DNA of 64,000 bases from Rhynchobatus australiae (taxonomy: Eukaryota): contig JAUZTB010000048.1 in NCBI GenBank assembly GCA_034780895.1, forward strand, positions 14,196,750-14,260,749, given 5' to 3'. Below the pieces are notes generated by a model. That model did no database searches. It worked only from the letters and a program-made list of their open reading frames with translations, and was not told the origin of the DNA. Each line of letters opens with the position of its first letter. Position 1 is the first letter of the stretch. Of the stretch, positions 1 to 13,394 are shown in pieces. The position numbers were made by a program, and so were the translations under genes.

Positions 1-157
1 AGCAGTGCAGTGATAGGGGGACAAATGAGGGGAGGTGGGGTGGGCACAAGGTGATGATAGGTAGATGCAGGTAAGAGATAGTGATAGGGAGGTGCGGGGG
101 AGGAGGGGAGAGCAGATCCACTGGGGGTTGGGTCAAAGGTAAGGAGAGAGAGGAAAA
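1..157 (-). mobile_element. Penelope-like element (PLE) 3'/pLTR-region fragment
   Basis: Purine-rich tract resembling the reverse complement of the pyrimidine-rich PLE segment at 10.2-10.7 kb (e.g. TGATAGGTAGATGCAGGT vs ACCTGGATCCACCTATCA). Confidence 0.55.
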
Positions 158-3064
158 ATGCGCTTGGAATTCTCCTGGCAAAGGAGACCTAATTCAACCT
201 GGTCTGTGGTCCAGGTATCAATCATCTTACTGGTAGATGTAAGTATTATCTCTTGTTGCTCATGTACGTCACTCCTTGTCCTGCAGTTTGCATCAAAAGT
301 CATCTGCCCACCTCACAATCAATCCCACTGTCCCACCCTAACGCCGGCCTCTAATAACCCCCTCCCCCAGATAGGTGTCTTCCTGTTCAATAATATCTTT
401 TCTTTCCCTCTTTACTGACCTCTGTCCAACCGTCTGACCCGAATGTTTGAATGTTTTCATTCTTCTCCCACCACCAGTATCTTTTTGCCCACCCCACCAT
501 ATTACCCCTGCCCTCAATCCACCCACTCCTCCGCCCCCCAACTAGAGCTTGCAGACAAAAGGAGAAGGTCTTTGTGTGTGTTTAAGTGTGTAGGAATGTA
601 CTTAGCACATGATAATTTGTTTCTTCTGCACAGGACAATAATTCTGTCTAGGAGCATTGCATAAAACTGATGCCATGCAATTTCTAGGTCATGTGATTTC
701 TATGTGCCCTCAAAAACTCAGTGAGGGAACAGTCATTTTTGCTAAATTAATATGAGGAAAATACCCTAGAGCATGACTTTCTCAGGAGAACTGGGAGGAA
801 GAGTATTTCTCCTGTCCTAAAATTAATAGTATAAGGGACGAGTGCGTGGAAGCAGGTGTGAATGGATTTGTGTAACACTCCTGNNNNNNNNNNNNNNNNN
901 NNNNNNNNNNNNNNNNNNNNNNNNNNNNNNNNNNNNNNNNNNNNNNNNNNNNNNNNNNNNNNNNNNNNNNNNNNNNNNNNNNNNNNNNNNNNNNNNNNNN
1001 NNNNNNNNNNNNNNNNNNNNNNNNNNNNNNNNNNNNNNNNNNNNNNNNNNNNNNNNNNNNNNNNNNNNNNNNNNNNNNNNNNNNNNNNNNNNNNNNNAGT
1101 TCTGCACGTAGAGGTTGTGTGCATAAAAGTTTCTTCCTACATTGCTAATCGAGGTTTTACTGTTGTTACGTGCTCATGAGTTTTTATGAATTTTGGTATT
1201 CCAACCTATTACGTAGTATGACATAGAGGGAGACCATTTGGCCCATCGAGTTCATGCTTGTTCCAAATTGAGCTCTATCTGTTCCATCACCCTCTCATTA
1301 TTAGTCTTACAATGTCTCTCAACAAGTCAATCGCCTTTGATTTATTTTTTAACTTTCAAAAATCATTGTGTCTGAGAATGCACTTTTCATGGAGTGAAAA
1401 GTGGTAACCACTATTTCCAGATCATTTCATGTCACTTCCAACTGTTTGCTTCCAAGCATGAGATAGCATTGCTGGTCTGACACAATTTTGTTGTTGGACG
1501 AACATTAAATGACACCCTTTAATGCACAATGCTGCTTTTTGAGCTTCGCCAAGTTATAGTCCCAGGAGTGTTTATTTTTCATCACTGCCTGAACAGTTGA
1601 ACATTTTTGGCTTTCATTGCATTGTGCCACACTGGGACCCCATGAAGTTAAATTCCATGCTTACCTTTGATTCCTTGGCACCTCCCCACACCCTTTCAAT
1701 CATGCAGCCAACCTCATTCCACCACATAACTGGGCCAAAACCCATCCCTCCCATCTTACGAAGCTCTGATACTGACCACCAATCTTCCTTGATCAGGTTT
1801 CTGACAACTGGTCTCCTGTAACCCCACCCCACCTAACGTCTCTTCCCCTCCACCCCTGACTCTCTCCCCTATCTGCCTAACAAAATACCTCTGACTCGGA
1901 GCATGACATAAAACTTATGCCATGTAACTTTCGGCTTTGGCACTTTCCACCAGAAATCACAAATGGATCCTCAGAAACCCAGTGAGAGAGCAGGTCCTGA
2001 GGGCCTACTTCCCTTATTGTGGTCTACAGTACAAAGGTAAAACAGTAAATAATGGCTGTTGTCATGATACAGACTGACCATACAGTGTGCCTAAATCAGC
2101 ATTACACAACGTCTAGGCTATTATTTCCACTGAAAAAGAAGTCATGATTAGACTATTTTTGTTCAGAACATCCCAGGATATCCCATCAGATTACGATGTT
2201 TCAGGCCACATTTCTGTCTCTGGTGACTGAGGATTTGTTTACAAGAGTGGTCCTTCATGCTAAGCATGGCAGCATAACCTAAACATCTTAGCAGTCAATG
2301 CAAGCCCAGTCCCTGGCAGGGCAACTATACAGCAAGCAGGAAAGGCCAGGTGGATGAGCTCCACCAACAGTTGCCAAACATCACTGAGAGAGAGCAATCT
2401 GGCTGACTTCACTTCCATGGTTTGGGCATGGAACCTTGTGTCTTTCTGATCTCAATTTTGCAGTGCATTTCTTTGGCGAGGCATCCATGAAGATTGGCTC
2501 CTCAGTTTAAAAGCACACTGTCATGGTTTAATTTACAGCAGAAGTGGCAAAACAATTATACAAAGGACTTAAGGTCTCGGAATGGACAAATAATGCTGAG
2601 AAGGTTACTGATGGATTGCCCAGTTTGTTGTTATTTTTCAGTCGTTAGTACATTTTAGCAAAACATTCCGAAATTATTAAAAACATTGCTTGTCACTAAC
2701 TCATTTGTGTGGGTATCTGTGAACAGAATATCCCATCTGGCAAAGATCTGTGATAAAATTTGACACAAATCATCTTGACTTGGCTCACAGAACGTTGACT
2801 TTTGTTCAAATCAAGGACCCAGACAGTGCAGCCAAACAAAAGCTTCAGAGGAACCATGCAGATGTAGCCAATCACAAAAAAGAGCAGCAGTTAACACACA
2901 ACTAATGAGCACACAAGGATCTGGGTGCTAATAAACAAACCATAGGGTGAAGAAGTTGTTCGTTTTCAGATCAGTGTATTGTGAAATTAGTGATAATTAC
3001 AAAGACATGAAAAATTGTTACTAATAAAAGATTACTTACCACAACACTTAAAACAGTGAAACAA

Positions 3065-3415
3065 AGAGTGTCACAGACTTAGAATCAAACAGCATGGCCA
3101 AAGGCCCTGTGGCCTGTGAATTTATACAAAGCATCAAGTATCTATTTGCTCTAATCCTGCACTAATCTCATTTTGTTCTCCCCACATTCCCATCAGCTTT
3201 CCTTAGATTTAACACACTTAAGCAATTTATAGTGGCAAATTAACTACAATCCTGCAAGTCTTTAGGATGTGGGAGAAAACCAGAGCACCAAAAGGAAACC
3301 CATGTGGTCATAGGGAGAATGTGCAAACTTCACACAGGCAGCCTGGGAGATTAGAATTGAACCCAGGTCACTGGAGCCATGAGGCACTTCTACTAACTGC
3401 TTCACTGTGCTGCTC
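3065..3415 (-). mobile_element. HE1-type tRNA-derived V-SINE
   Basis: Reverse strand has a tRNA-like head (GCAGCACAGTGAAGCAGTTAG...GGGTTCAATTC), a V-domain-like core (GGATGTGGGAGAAAACCAGAGCAC...GGGAGAATGTGCAAACTTCACAC on +) and a CR1-like tail. Homologous to the SINE at 27304. Confidence 0.8.
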
Positions 3416-3439
3416 AGATGCAGTTTTTTTTCCCTCAGA

Positions 3440-3815
3440 GTGGAAGGGTAATGAAGGTTATATGGTAGATTTGTTCAAGGCTATAATGGGACACAGGTGA
3501 GGAGGAACTAGATTATGCCAATGTATCTTTATATTATACCATGGGTTTCTTGCATGATGTAGTTTCCCAGTTGGCTCAAAAGAACAATTGCACTACCACT
3601 ATGTAGTTGATATCTGGAATGAGCTTCCAAAGGAAGTGGTGGAGGAAACAACATTTAAGAGGCATCTGGACAGTTACTTGAATGTACAAGGCATAGAGGG
3701 ATATGGAATTAATGCAGGCAAATGGGATTAGTACAGGTAGGCATGATGGTTAGCATAGACACGCTGGGCTGAAAGGTCTGTTTCTATGCTGTACAACTCT
3801 TTGGCTCTCTATGTC
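3440..3815 (+). mobile_element. CR1 (HER1-like) LINE 3' end, degenerate
   Basis: TGGAATGAGCTTCCAAAGGAAGTGGTGGAGG (WNELPKEVVE), ACATTTAAGAGGCATCTGGAC (TFKRHLD) and the typical tail GGGCTGAAAGGTCTGTTTCTATGCTGTA. Confidence 0.75.
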
Positions 3816-6639
3816 AGTGACAAAATTGTACCACAAGTGCTTCAGTCTAGTATCTTAGTGTTATCTGGGTATGCAGTCTAAACCTGGAAGAAAAAAGGGT
3901 TACTTACAACTTTCTGTCAACATCTTAAATCACTATTGAGAGTTTTTTCTCTCGATAGAAAGAGAAATTGAACAGTGACTGTAGTGAGTGCAATACCTGC
4001 ATGCAGGTGAAATTTGAAATCGAACCCAATCAATAATTGTAGTGCTTTCAAGTTGCAAGTGGATATTTACAAATTTCACACTCTCATCATTCATNNNNNN
4101 NNNNNNNNNNNNNNNNNNNNNNNNNNNNNNNNNNNNNNNNNNNNNNNNNNNNNNNNNNNNNNNNNNNNNNNTATCTAACAGAGAAGAAAACAGCAATGAA
4201 CCTTTATATTTTATGTTTAATGACTACATCACTGTTGGTTATGGCTAGCTGGAAAGATCAGACATGAGATGCAAGCTGTTCATATTATGAAATTATTTAT
4301 CTTATCACTTGCATATTTGTCATTCAAAGCTATCAATTTTTTTTGATTTTTTAAAATTAAATGCAAATGAAAAACAATTATGCTTGAATTTATTGGCCTC
4401 TTAAAACCAGCGCAAGTGACTACTTTGTTGGCATATTTGTAAGGAGTGAGGCTTAATTGGATAAATTCAGCAAGCCGAGTAGTGGCTAGTTGAATATGGT
4501 ACCTGAAAGTATGGATCGTTTCGCCAAGACAGGATTACAGTACAATGGAGAAGGCATCCAAGTTGATTTTCCTCATTGATTACAGAATTATGAATGCTAA
4601 TTTTAAAGGAACACTTAGGAAATTTGTTAACGGGTGAAATCTACTCCTTCTGTGCATGGCTGGATACATTATTTCCCTCAAGCCACCATAGTTATTCTAA
4701 TTGTTTACATGGTGCTTGAAGTAATGGCATTTGAGTTAAAACATTTAGAATCCAATAATTCCTGTGATATACCATTAACCCCAATTTTCTATTTTTTTCT
4801 GGTTTACCACTAATGTCTAGAATTTAAATAGTTTGATGGTACTTTGGCTTGTTTTCTGGTGATATAATAACCAGTGATAAATTTGCAGGGAATTCTCCAC
4901 AATGTGTAAACAAAATGATACATGTTCACTCACAACTGAGAGGCATTAGTGCTATGCAAATAATAGCAAACAAGATCCAGGGTGATTAATATTTGGGCGA
5001 AGCAGAAAGGCCATCTTTGCAAAGTTGAACTCAACTGGATTGACATTCAATGCAAAACAGATTTTGTTTTAATGAAACGAGTGGGTGACATGAACTATTT
5101 TTATGGTAGAGAGCTGAAGGAGCTCTGCTCTCCATGAACATCAAATGTAATTGACATCTAGATGTCACTAAGTAAAGCTCTNNNNNNNNNNNNNNNNNNN
5201 NNNNNNNNNNNNNNNNNNNNNNNNNNNNNNNNNNNNNNNNNNNNNNNNNNNNNNNNNNNNNNNNNNNNNNNNNNNNNNNNNNNNNNNNNNNNNNNNNNNN
5301 NNNNNNNNNNNNTGGCTTCCCATAAACATCAGCAAATTAGGGAGTCCAGCTCAGATGCAGAACTTCCAAATTTCTGGCCAGCTCCCTAACAGTTTCCTGA
5401 ATTTTCACTGATGCTTGATTCCACATGGGATCCTGTGGCAGAGTGGAAACTTGCTGAACTCTCCAGTGCTTAATGCCGGGGAATCTGCCTGCTGAACCTA
5501 TGGCAGGTATAACCTGACACAGGAACAGTGAGTCCATCTGTTTGAATGGAAAGGAACGGCTGTGAGGGAGGTTAAGTGTAACTTACAGATATTTTAAATT
5601 AATTCTGTTTGCTTTAGTGCTTTAAATCATTTAAGTGATTTTAAGTGATTTATTTTGTTCTTATTTAATTTTTAATGATTGTTAAAATTTTTAATTGATT
5701 TTTAATGCTTTTGAATGTCAGAGACAGTTGGAAACATGGCTTTGCTGGCTGTTTCTTTTGTTCAGCCATTGTGCGGTGGGACATTTTACCTGCCCAAGGA
5801 GTGGCATTAAGTTACACAATGCCAAACCACAATGCTGCATCTTGTCATTTAGGAACTAGACCTAATTTGCCAGCACAGCAACATTGAAAGGTTCACACAA
5901 AATATAAGTGAGATTTCCCTCATGTCATTGGTGTACATGGGCAGCCCACTGCTGATAATGAATTGAATCCTGGCCCATTGTCTTTGTCTCAGTTGTAATA
6001 CTCTCCCAAAAAAGCTATCGGTTCATATCCAAGTTATTCACATGAAAGTCTAACCTGAATGTCTTTTTCCTTGTTTCATGGCTGCAACAGATCTTCCAGT
6101 AGAAATTTCTTCATGGTAGTTCGTGGCGGATGCAAAAATAAAGCAGTGGCTGCTCATTGTACTCTGCTGTAGATGTTTGGTTCCATTGTTTTTAGTGGAG
6201 CTGAATTTGAAAAGCTGAGTAGAACATGCAGGTTCTGTCATAAATGCACACTTAGGTTTCGATTTCTACCCCACTATGTTAATCTTTACAATAAGGTTCC
6301 TCATAAAGTGTTCAGCCATCAAAATGGACGATCGCAAAATGTATTACTTGTGGATTCATCTCAGTTCTGTTTCTGGAACCTTGTTATTTGTGTATAGAGT
6401 TCTGCATTTGCCGATAAAGCATTGCTTGCATTTCATTTAGAATTAGTTGACTGTGTATTGGGTCGTGTAACATTTTGAATGTTCCTGAGGAGGTATGTGA
6501 CACCTTGTGAGTGCAGATTTATTCCTACTTCAGAGTCGAATGAAAGGAACTTACTGAATTATTCCTGGGTCTTTACGCTTCTTATGTATATATAGTAAAA
6601 GTTGATGTCACATGATTGTGAGGTAATGAACATCTCCAA

Positions 6640-7293
6640 GGAGACCGTCTCCAAGGAATCCATCTCCTTATGACCTTTAATGGCATGACCATGGCCACTT
6701 TCTAGATCTCGGGAACTATCATTGACCAGAAACTGATGTGCATCATTAGCATAAATACTGTGGGTAACAGATTTGGTCAGAACTTGATTCATCTCCCAGT
6801 TCCCCAAGTCTTTTCTACCGACTACAAAGCACAAGTTGGAAGTGTTTTGGAATGCTTCCCATTTGCCTAGATTGTCCAATAACACTCTAAAAAACTCAAC
6901 AGTGCACCCCACCAAGCAGCCTTGATTGACATCCAGGCTATCACTCAAAGCACCCACTCTCTCTACCACTAGTGCACCATAGCTGTAATATTTGCCATCT
7001 ACCAGAACCCCTGCTGGAAATCATCAAGGCTTCTCAATATCATCTGCCAAATGTGTGACATACAGAAGGACAAGGACACAGGAATAGGGCAAATGTGCAA
7101 ATCCTGAGGTCACACACTTTCCTGATTAGAAATACATTGTGGTGGTCAAATTCCTGGTACTTTCTGCATAACAGCACTTTGGAATGACTCCAGCACTTTC
7201 TTACCACCATGTTGTTTTCAAGGATAAGTAGGAGTGGGCAGTAAATCCTAGCTTTGCCATTGACACCCACATCCCCTGAATGAATAAAAAAAA
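6640..7293 (+). mobile_element. CR1/L2-group LINE 3' portion with A-rich tail
   Basis: Decayed RT C-terminal coding remnants (LGTIIDQKL; INTV; YKAQVGSVLEC), ending GGGCAGTAAATCCTAGCTTTGCCATTGACACCCACATCCCCTGAATGAATAAAAAAAAA. Confidence 0.65.
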
Positions 7294-8149
7294 AGTTGGT
7301 TTATTTGTCAAACTGTAGGAAAAATCTTGATTTTCATTAATCTAATTGGTATTATGTCAGTAGTACATCAGCCTTAAATGGCTGATTAGGCTGTCAGTGT
7401 TGGGCATTTGCAGATATGGTATTTGCCAGGTCATTTATGCTGGATTGTTTAATTCTTTTAAGAACAGTTTTTAAATGAGATAGTTCTACAGTTTATGGGG
7501 GGGGTGTGGAATAAAAAGGTTTGTCAAGCAAGAAAAATCTCCTCCTTCACAGTCTGAGTAGCTGAAGAAAATAGCCATGATTAAATTATGCTTTCAAAGG
7601 TTTTTTTTAAATGCCATTAATTTACAGTATTTCCAATGATGTGTCTGTCATTTAGCCAAAAAGGTTCAGTTATTTTTTTTAAAGATCTGCAGTTTATGAT
7701 AAATGAGGCAGCCAGAAACATTTGTTTTTAGCTTTCTACTGATTCCATTGAGTTTTATTACAAGTGGAAGACATATTATGTATCCTGTCCATATGTCTGT
7801 CCATCTGGTTGTTTTTCTTTGAAATGTGGCCACTACCTTAATAACTTTATTGGACCTTAAACAAACATCCAGTGGCACATGAGAATTCATGTTAATTTTC
7901 TTCTGGAACTAGTATCTTTCCACCTACGTAATCATCCACAGAAAACCTACATATCATCTTAATAAGATAATAGATTAAGAATGGCTTACCGGATTCTGCC
8001 AAAGCTTCAAAAGGTCCATTCTATGAAACTCTGGGTTTCAAAGAGAAAACAGATACTGCCACCATTGTTCTGTTCTCTAAATTTTCATAATTTTAATGAC
8101 ATTGGAAGTAGTTTTCTCAAACTTAACATCTCCTGGTCTTCTCTCAAAG

Positions 8150-8330
8150 TTGGTACTGATCCATTGAATTGTACTGTTGTTGGTAAAGTGCTGCTGACAC
8201 AAATTAGCTGCCATATTTGTCTATTTCACAACAGTGATTGTGTTTTCAGAAGTAATTCATTCAGAAGCACTTTGAAGTGCTTTGATGATATGATAATATA
8301 GTACATAAATACAAATATTTCTTTCTCTTT
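8150..8330 (+). mobile_element. SacSINE1/Deu-type SINE 3' half, old
   Basis: CACAAATTAGCTGCC...ACAACAGTGA...CAGAAGTAATTCATT...AAGTGCTTTGA...ATAAATACAAATATTTCTTTC resembles the reverse complement of 13395-13560. Confidence 0.45.
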
Positions 8331-9599
8331 GATGTTTCACAATAATGTAGTGTTGCACAACTTCTTTGTGGAAAAAGGCCAGATTTACAATCCAAATCAC
8401 TTCCTCAAGGGGCACTCATGAGGAACATGTTTTAATTTGTTCAAGCCATTCAGAAAAATACATGGAAATAATGTTTGTTTTAAACTAGCTGTATACACCT
8501 TTCTGTCAGAGAACACACATTTCCCAAACTCCTGAGTTAGGAATCTATACACATTTTCTCCCTGTCCACGCTCAATAGCTACTGCACCTCAAGCTCATGC
8601 CTATTTGCTTAATTTCCAAGAAAAGTAAATCCTGGGAGGGAGGCTGTGGCAGGGCTGGTAATTCAGCCTGTTGTGCCTAGACCAGTTCTGAAGAGTTATT
8701 TGACATTGTTAGTAATATCAGTGGCAGATCTCTGCCCAGCACTAGCAGACCCAGTGTTATACAGGGGCAGACCTATGCCTATCAGTATTGCATCCCTGTG
8801 TTATACAGCATATACCTGTGCTCATTAGCACTATGCTTTATTGTTTTACAGTGACAGAACTTCACAGCATTGTTAAATGGTGTCTGACCTATACCTATTA
8901 GTATTGTATTCACATTTTGTAGTGATAAACCCTGTGCCCACCTGCAGGGTACACCTGTGACTAGAGCTGAATGTGGACCTGGATCCACCCAGAGGATTGA
9001 ACCAGCTCCTACAGTGCAATCTGGTGCCAGTCCTAACTGAGTATATGGTTCCAGGTCCAGACAGATCCTGGATCCAGTGTCGGATGGGGCTCAGAGACCT
9101 AGACCTGGCATCAATGAAGGGAGTGGCCCTACATCCAGTCTGCAACCAAGGCCTCCAAATGACATGATGTGAGGATTCCTGGGAACTCTTGGCAAGTAAT
9201 GGCCGAGATAGCGAGCAGGACAAGTGGCCAGATGATCATTTGCCATGCATGAGCTCTGAAAACAGCTATTACTCCTGGGCTGCACAGATTCTTCCTGCCA
9301 GCCAGATTTTGAAAGTGCCACACTTCAGGAATTCTGTGACAGTAACACACAATTAGAAAGGCAGATTCCCTCCCCACTGGGCCAAGAAGGCTTGATCCAA
9401 ATTTCCCATTCTTTCACCTTAATGAATTCCACACACTTTTTACAAGTTCTATGGAGTTTGATATTTTGCTCAATGCCAAAAAAAATTGCAATAAATAGAA
9501 AGCAAGTGCCAGCTATACAAAGAAAGAAAGAACAAATACTCATTAGTAACACATTACACAGACAAAGAGACTTAATCTGAGTTTAACTGCTGCATTAGG

Positions 9600-9800
9600 T
9601 ATATGGTCTCGCCCTATCAGAGACATTCCCTTTGTTTTGCCCATCCCCCTCCCCCATCTTTCCCATTTCTGACGGAAGGGTCCCAAACCTGAAACATTAT
9701 CTGCTTCTCTTCCTACAGATGCGATCTGGCCTGCTGAGTGTCTCCAGCATTTTCTGTTTTTATTTCAGATTTCTAGCATCTGCAGTTTTTTTTTTATTTT
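9600..9800 (+). mobile_element. Short PLE-derived repeat with decayed hammerhead motif (subfamily B)
   Basis: CTGACGGA-AGGGTCCCAAACCT-GAAACATT at 9669-9698, followed by the tail ACAGATGCGATCTGGCCTGCTGAGTGTCTCCAGCATTTTCTGTTTTTATTTCAGATTTCTAGCATCTGCAG shared with several other copies in the window. Confidence 0.75.
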
Positions 9801-10184
9801 CATGAATCTGGTGGAACCTTTATGTGATATTCTTTGCTTAATTACTACTTTAGAACTGAATGTGCCTGCTCCTTTACTGCTGTGGCAATCCAGTATGAAG
9901 AAAAGTAAGCAGAATATACATTTTTGAGATCCCAAACACTGAGAGGTTCAATCATGTACTTCATAAATACTAACAAACTGAGATCACATTATCTGTAATT
10001 TTCTGATGTACACGGGCTGTAATTGGCTTGCCATCTTTGTCAAAAGTTAACTTTGTACTAAGTTAAAAGCTTTTGTATTCTATCCAGTTAAAAGACATAT
10101 AGTTGCTTTGTTTAACTTCACAAATTGTGCAGAGCAGGAAAGGGAGATTCCTTGCAGAGAAGCAAGGACTTTGTTTGCAGGCAT

Positions 10185-10833
10185 GAAGTACCAGACGGCA
10201 TGAACACTGAGTTCTCCAAGCTGCTCCCCCTCTGTTCCTTTCTCTGTCCTGACCTACCCAGTTCTTCCTACACTCACCCCAGCCCCATCACCCTGTTTCT
10301 TTCCCCTCCTACACCCACCCCATCTGCCCATCACTCACACACTCCTCCCACTGGTTCCCTCCCCCCACTATTCCTATCTGTACTCCCNNNNNNNNNNNNN
10401 NNNNNNNNNNNNNNNNNNNNNNNNNNNNNNNNNNNNNNNNNNNNNNNNNNNNNNNNNNNNNNNNNNNNNNNNNNNNNNNNNNNNNNNCCCCCCACTATTC
10501 CTATCTGTACTCCCCACCTCCCTCCCTTGATTCCATGCTCCACCGCTCTCTCCTGTCAGATCCTACCATCTTGAATCCTTTGTCGCTTCTACCTATCATC
10601 TCGCAGCTTCTGGTGCTACTTCCACTCTCCCCTCCCCTATCTGCCTATCACCCCCTCACCTGGATCCACCTATCACCTGTCAGCTCTTGCTCCACCCCGT
10701 CTCTCCACTCTTTTACTCTTCTCCACTCTAGCTTCCAGTCCAGATGATGGGTCTCAACCCGAAACATCGACTGCCCATTGTTCCCCATAGATGCTATGTG
10801 ACTGTTGAGTTCCTCCAGCTTTTGTGTGTTGCA
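10185..10833 (+). mobile_element. Penelope-like element 3' end (ORF C-terminus plus pLTR)
   Basis: PDGMNTEFSK resembles the C-terminal PxGxN motif of PLE GIY-YIG ORFs. It is followed by a pyrimidine-rich tract, a hammerhead motif and the tail AGATGCT...GAGTTCCTCCAGC...TGTGTGTTGC. Interrupted by a 100-N gap. Confidence 0.8.
10736..10773 (+). ncRNA. Minimal type I hammerhead ribozyme motif (PLE-type, subfamily A), core-mutated
   Basis: Stem I CAGTC/GACTG, core CAGATGA (consensus CUGANGA, U>A), stem II GGG-TCTCAA-CCC, GAAACATC (consensus GAAACGUC, CpG decay). Confidence 0.7.
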
Positions 10834-10839
10834 TAAGTT

Positions 10840-11200
10840 ACCACTTTGGTTTAGCTAATGGTGTAGTTGTCTGAGTCCAAGGGTTGCATCTCTGTGTGTT
10901 AGGCACACATTCTAAGATGATATTGTGATGCAGCTCTATGTCGTAAGAGGCTACCTTCCCTTGGAACTAAATAAGGCTCTGCACCTATCCAGGTGGGCAC
11001 TAAAAATCCTTTGAACCTCATTTGGACATGAGGATGAAGTTCTGGACAACATTATAAATTTACCTGGCGTGCGGCATGATCATTTCTCTTTTTGCCAATT
11101 TCTGGAATTCAGCTATCATATTTAGATAACCAGAGTACCTTCATTTGAGAAGTAATTCACTGAATGCTAAGTGAGCTAAATTTGAAATCCATTCTTTCTT
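10840..11200 (+). mobile_element. SacSINE1/Deu-type SINE, old
   Basis: Ordered similarity to the recalled Deu-SINE layout (TCTGAGTCCAAGGGTTG...CAGGTGGGCACTAAAAATCC...GAAGTTCTGGACAACATTAT...GAAGTAATTCAC). Confidence 0.45.
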
Positions 11201-11759
11201 CTTAAATTTTGCTGACCCATTTTGCAAGTTTTTTTAAATAAGAACTTTTGAACAGGGTTACAACCCACAAGATATTAAAGTCAACTTTGAATGATTCTGA
11301 AGGTAAGAAATGTAAACCAATTGTATTGTTGCTGACATGGACTGAACGAGTGCCTCGAAGATTGGCCACTAGGTTCTGTCTTTTTCAGGGCCACAGGTAT
11401 GAACATTGATTTTCTCTCAAGTGAAATGCACTTGTGTTGGTTCCTGTGCTGATTTGAACCAGTTCAGAAATTCCTGTTGTGAATTGTGCTGTTTGCTCAT
11501 TGGATGCATATGCAATGATGTCATTCTTCGTGCAGAGTTCATTTTAAGCATGCAAAATCCTTGGGCCTTGGATGTTACTGAATTTGCATGCAGCAGAGCT
11601 ACAACTAAAACAGTTGTTAGTGCACCATGCAGCAACCGACTCTTGGGCACCAGTGAATATCTAGGCTAAAAAAGTGTAGAGTTGTGTACATTTTATTTAT
11701 GCTGAAGCACAGGTGATTAAAAAAAGTGATTATTGTCTCCGTAGTAGTGTGGAATAGAC

Positions 11760-12075
11760 GTTTTATTTGTTTCTGGGGTGAGGATGTCACTGCCAGTGTA
11801 GGCATTTATTGCCTATTCCCTATTGCCCATTGAACGCAGTGGCTTGTTAGCCTGTTTCACAGGACAGTTAAGAGACAACCAGACTGATGGGTCTTGAATC
11901 ACATGTACATATCCATGTTGGGTAAGAATGGCAGATTTCCATGAAGAACAATAGTGAGCCAAATTCAGCTCTACTACAGACTGGTCATTTCACAGCTACT
12001 TTCACTGATACCAAGTTTTATTCTAGATTTATGTAATTTAAATTCTTCAGTGTCCAGACTCGTATTCAAACTCAT
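11760..12075 (-). mobile_element. tRNA-derived SINE sharing its 3' tail with the LINE at 6.6-7.3 kb
   Basis: GATGTCACTGCCAGTGTAGGCATTTATTGCCTATTCCCTATTGCCC resembles the reverse complement of the 7220-7290 tail. A B-box-like ATTCAAACTC lies near 12065-12074. Confidence 0.6.
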
Positions 12076-13394
12076 ACCAAATTGCCCATCATCTCTTTTT
12101 CACTGACTGGTATTGGCTCCCAATCCAACAAATACTCATACTCTCATGCAATAACAACTATCACCTTGCCCTTCACTGTCGAACTCAATATTCCATAAAC
12201 TGTATACCATTGTACATCTTCCACTCTCTCTGTTTAGTAATGTGGTTGTGTCTTCAGACATGTCACCCATAAGAACTAATCTTATCTCAATAAATCTCTC
12301 TGTCCCTACAAATCTCCCTGTGGACCCTCTAAAAATCTTTTTAACCATGTGTTTAGTTAACAGCCCAAGTAACTCCATATTTTTCTTAGTGTCTGTTTTG
12401 ACATATGACTACACCTTGGGCCAGTTCCAACAATCAAAACACTATATAACTTCATTCATATTTGTCTTCTAATTTTTCCTTTTTCTTTTAATATATGAAA
12501 AGGGAATGTTTGTGTGGGTTTCCTGCTGAAACTGTTCTAGTTTAGGTATCGTCTGTTGTTCCATCTAACATGACTGTAGCACAGAGCTCAGTATGTCTTC
12601 CATCTCAAAGAAGGCATTATAAAATACCATATCCCACACTTCTAATTGCAATCTTGGCTGTTTGTGATTCCCACAAGATGTTATAACTGCAATTAAAAGT
12701 GTAATTTAAATGTTAATTAATTATGTTCTTATTCCAAAGAGAAATGAGTGCTTTCTTGTACTCATTTCCTAATTGCTCCACCAAACTGCAATGAGTTTGA
12801 ATAATTTTGTTTGACTTGGTAAAATCTTTATAATATTGATTAGGGAATTTGATATGTTAATACTAAGTAATAAGTTGTGACAATGTTGGATGTTCATCAG
12901 TTTTTGATTAAGACAACAATGAAAAAAAACCATGAATCTTCATTGCAGGTATGAAATAATTCCAATACACACATGCACACACACCTGAGTTTCCTTCATG
13001 TTTTACATCTTTTCTGACTAAGCATTCTATTTAGTGGTTGACCTTCCATCCCATTACAAATAGTCAACATATTTTTGTGACATTTGTAACCTCATGGCCA
13101 TTAAATCATTGATGATTGTATAGTTATCATAGACCAATAAGATCTTCAAAACTCAATTGATGAAAATTGAGAAATTCCTTTCACTTATACAAATAACAAG
13201 TAGATTAATTATTTAGACGTGATGCTTCTTATGGGCAATGCATTGATAAATATAATCAAAATGCTCTATGTCAATATTTAATACCTAAATACCAATAGAT
13301 TAAGGTTAATTATTAAATATCTAGATTTAATTTTATAGAAAAATATGGAAAGTTGCTGCAGATAGCCCGCTATTGAAGATTGCCATTTTTAAAG

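Noticed and set aside
10361-10514. Direct repeat CCCCCCACTATTCCTATCTGTACTCCC
   Set aside because: It flanks an exactly 100-N gap on both sides, typical of an unmerged contig overlap.
11332-11351. CTGACATGGACTGAACGAGT resembles part of a 5' RACE adapter oligo as I recall it (19/20)
   Set aside because: It is embedded in continuous genomic sequence, has an internal mismatch and the flanks do not match; treated as coincidence. A VecScreen/UniVec search would settle it.
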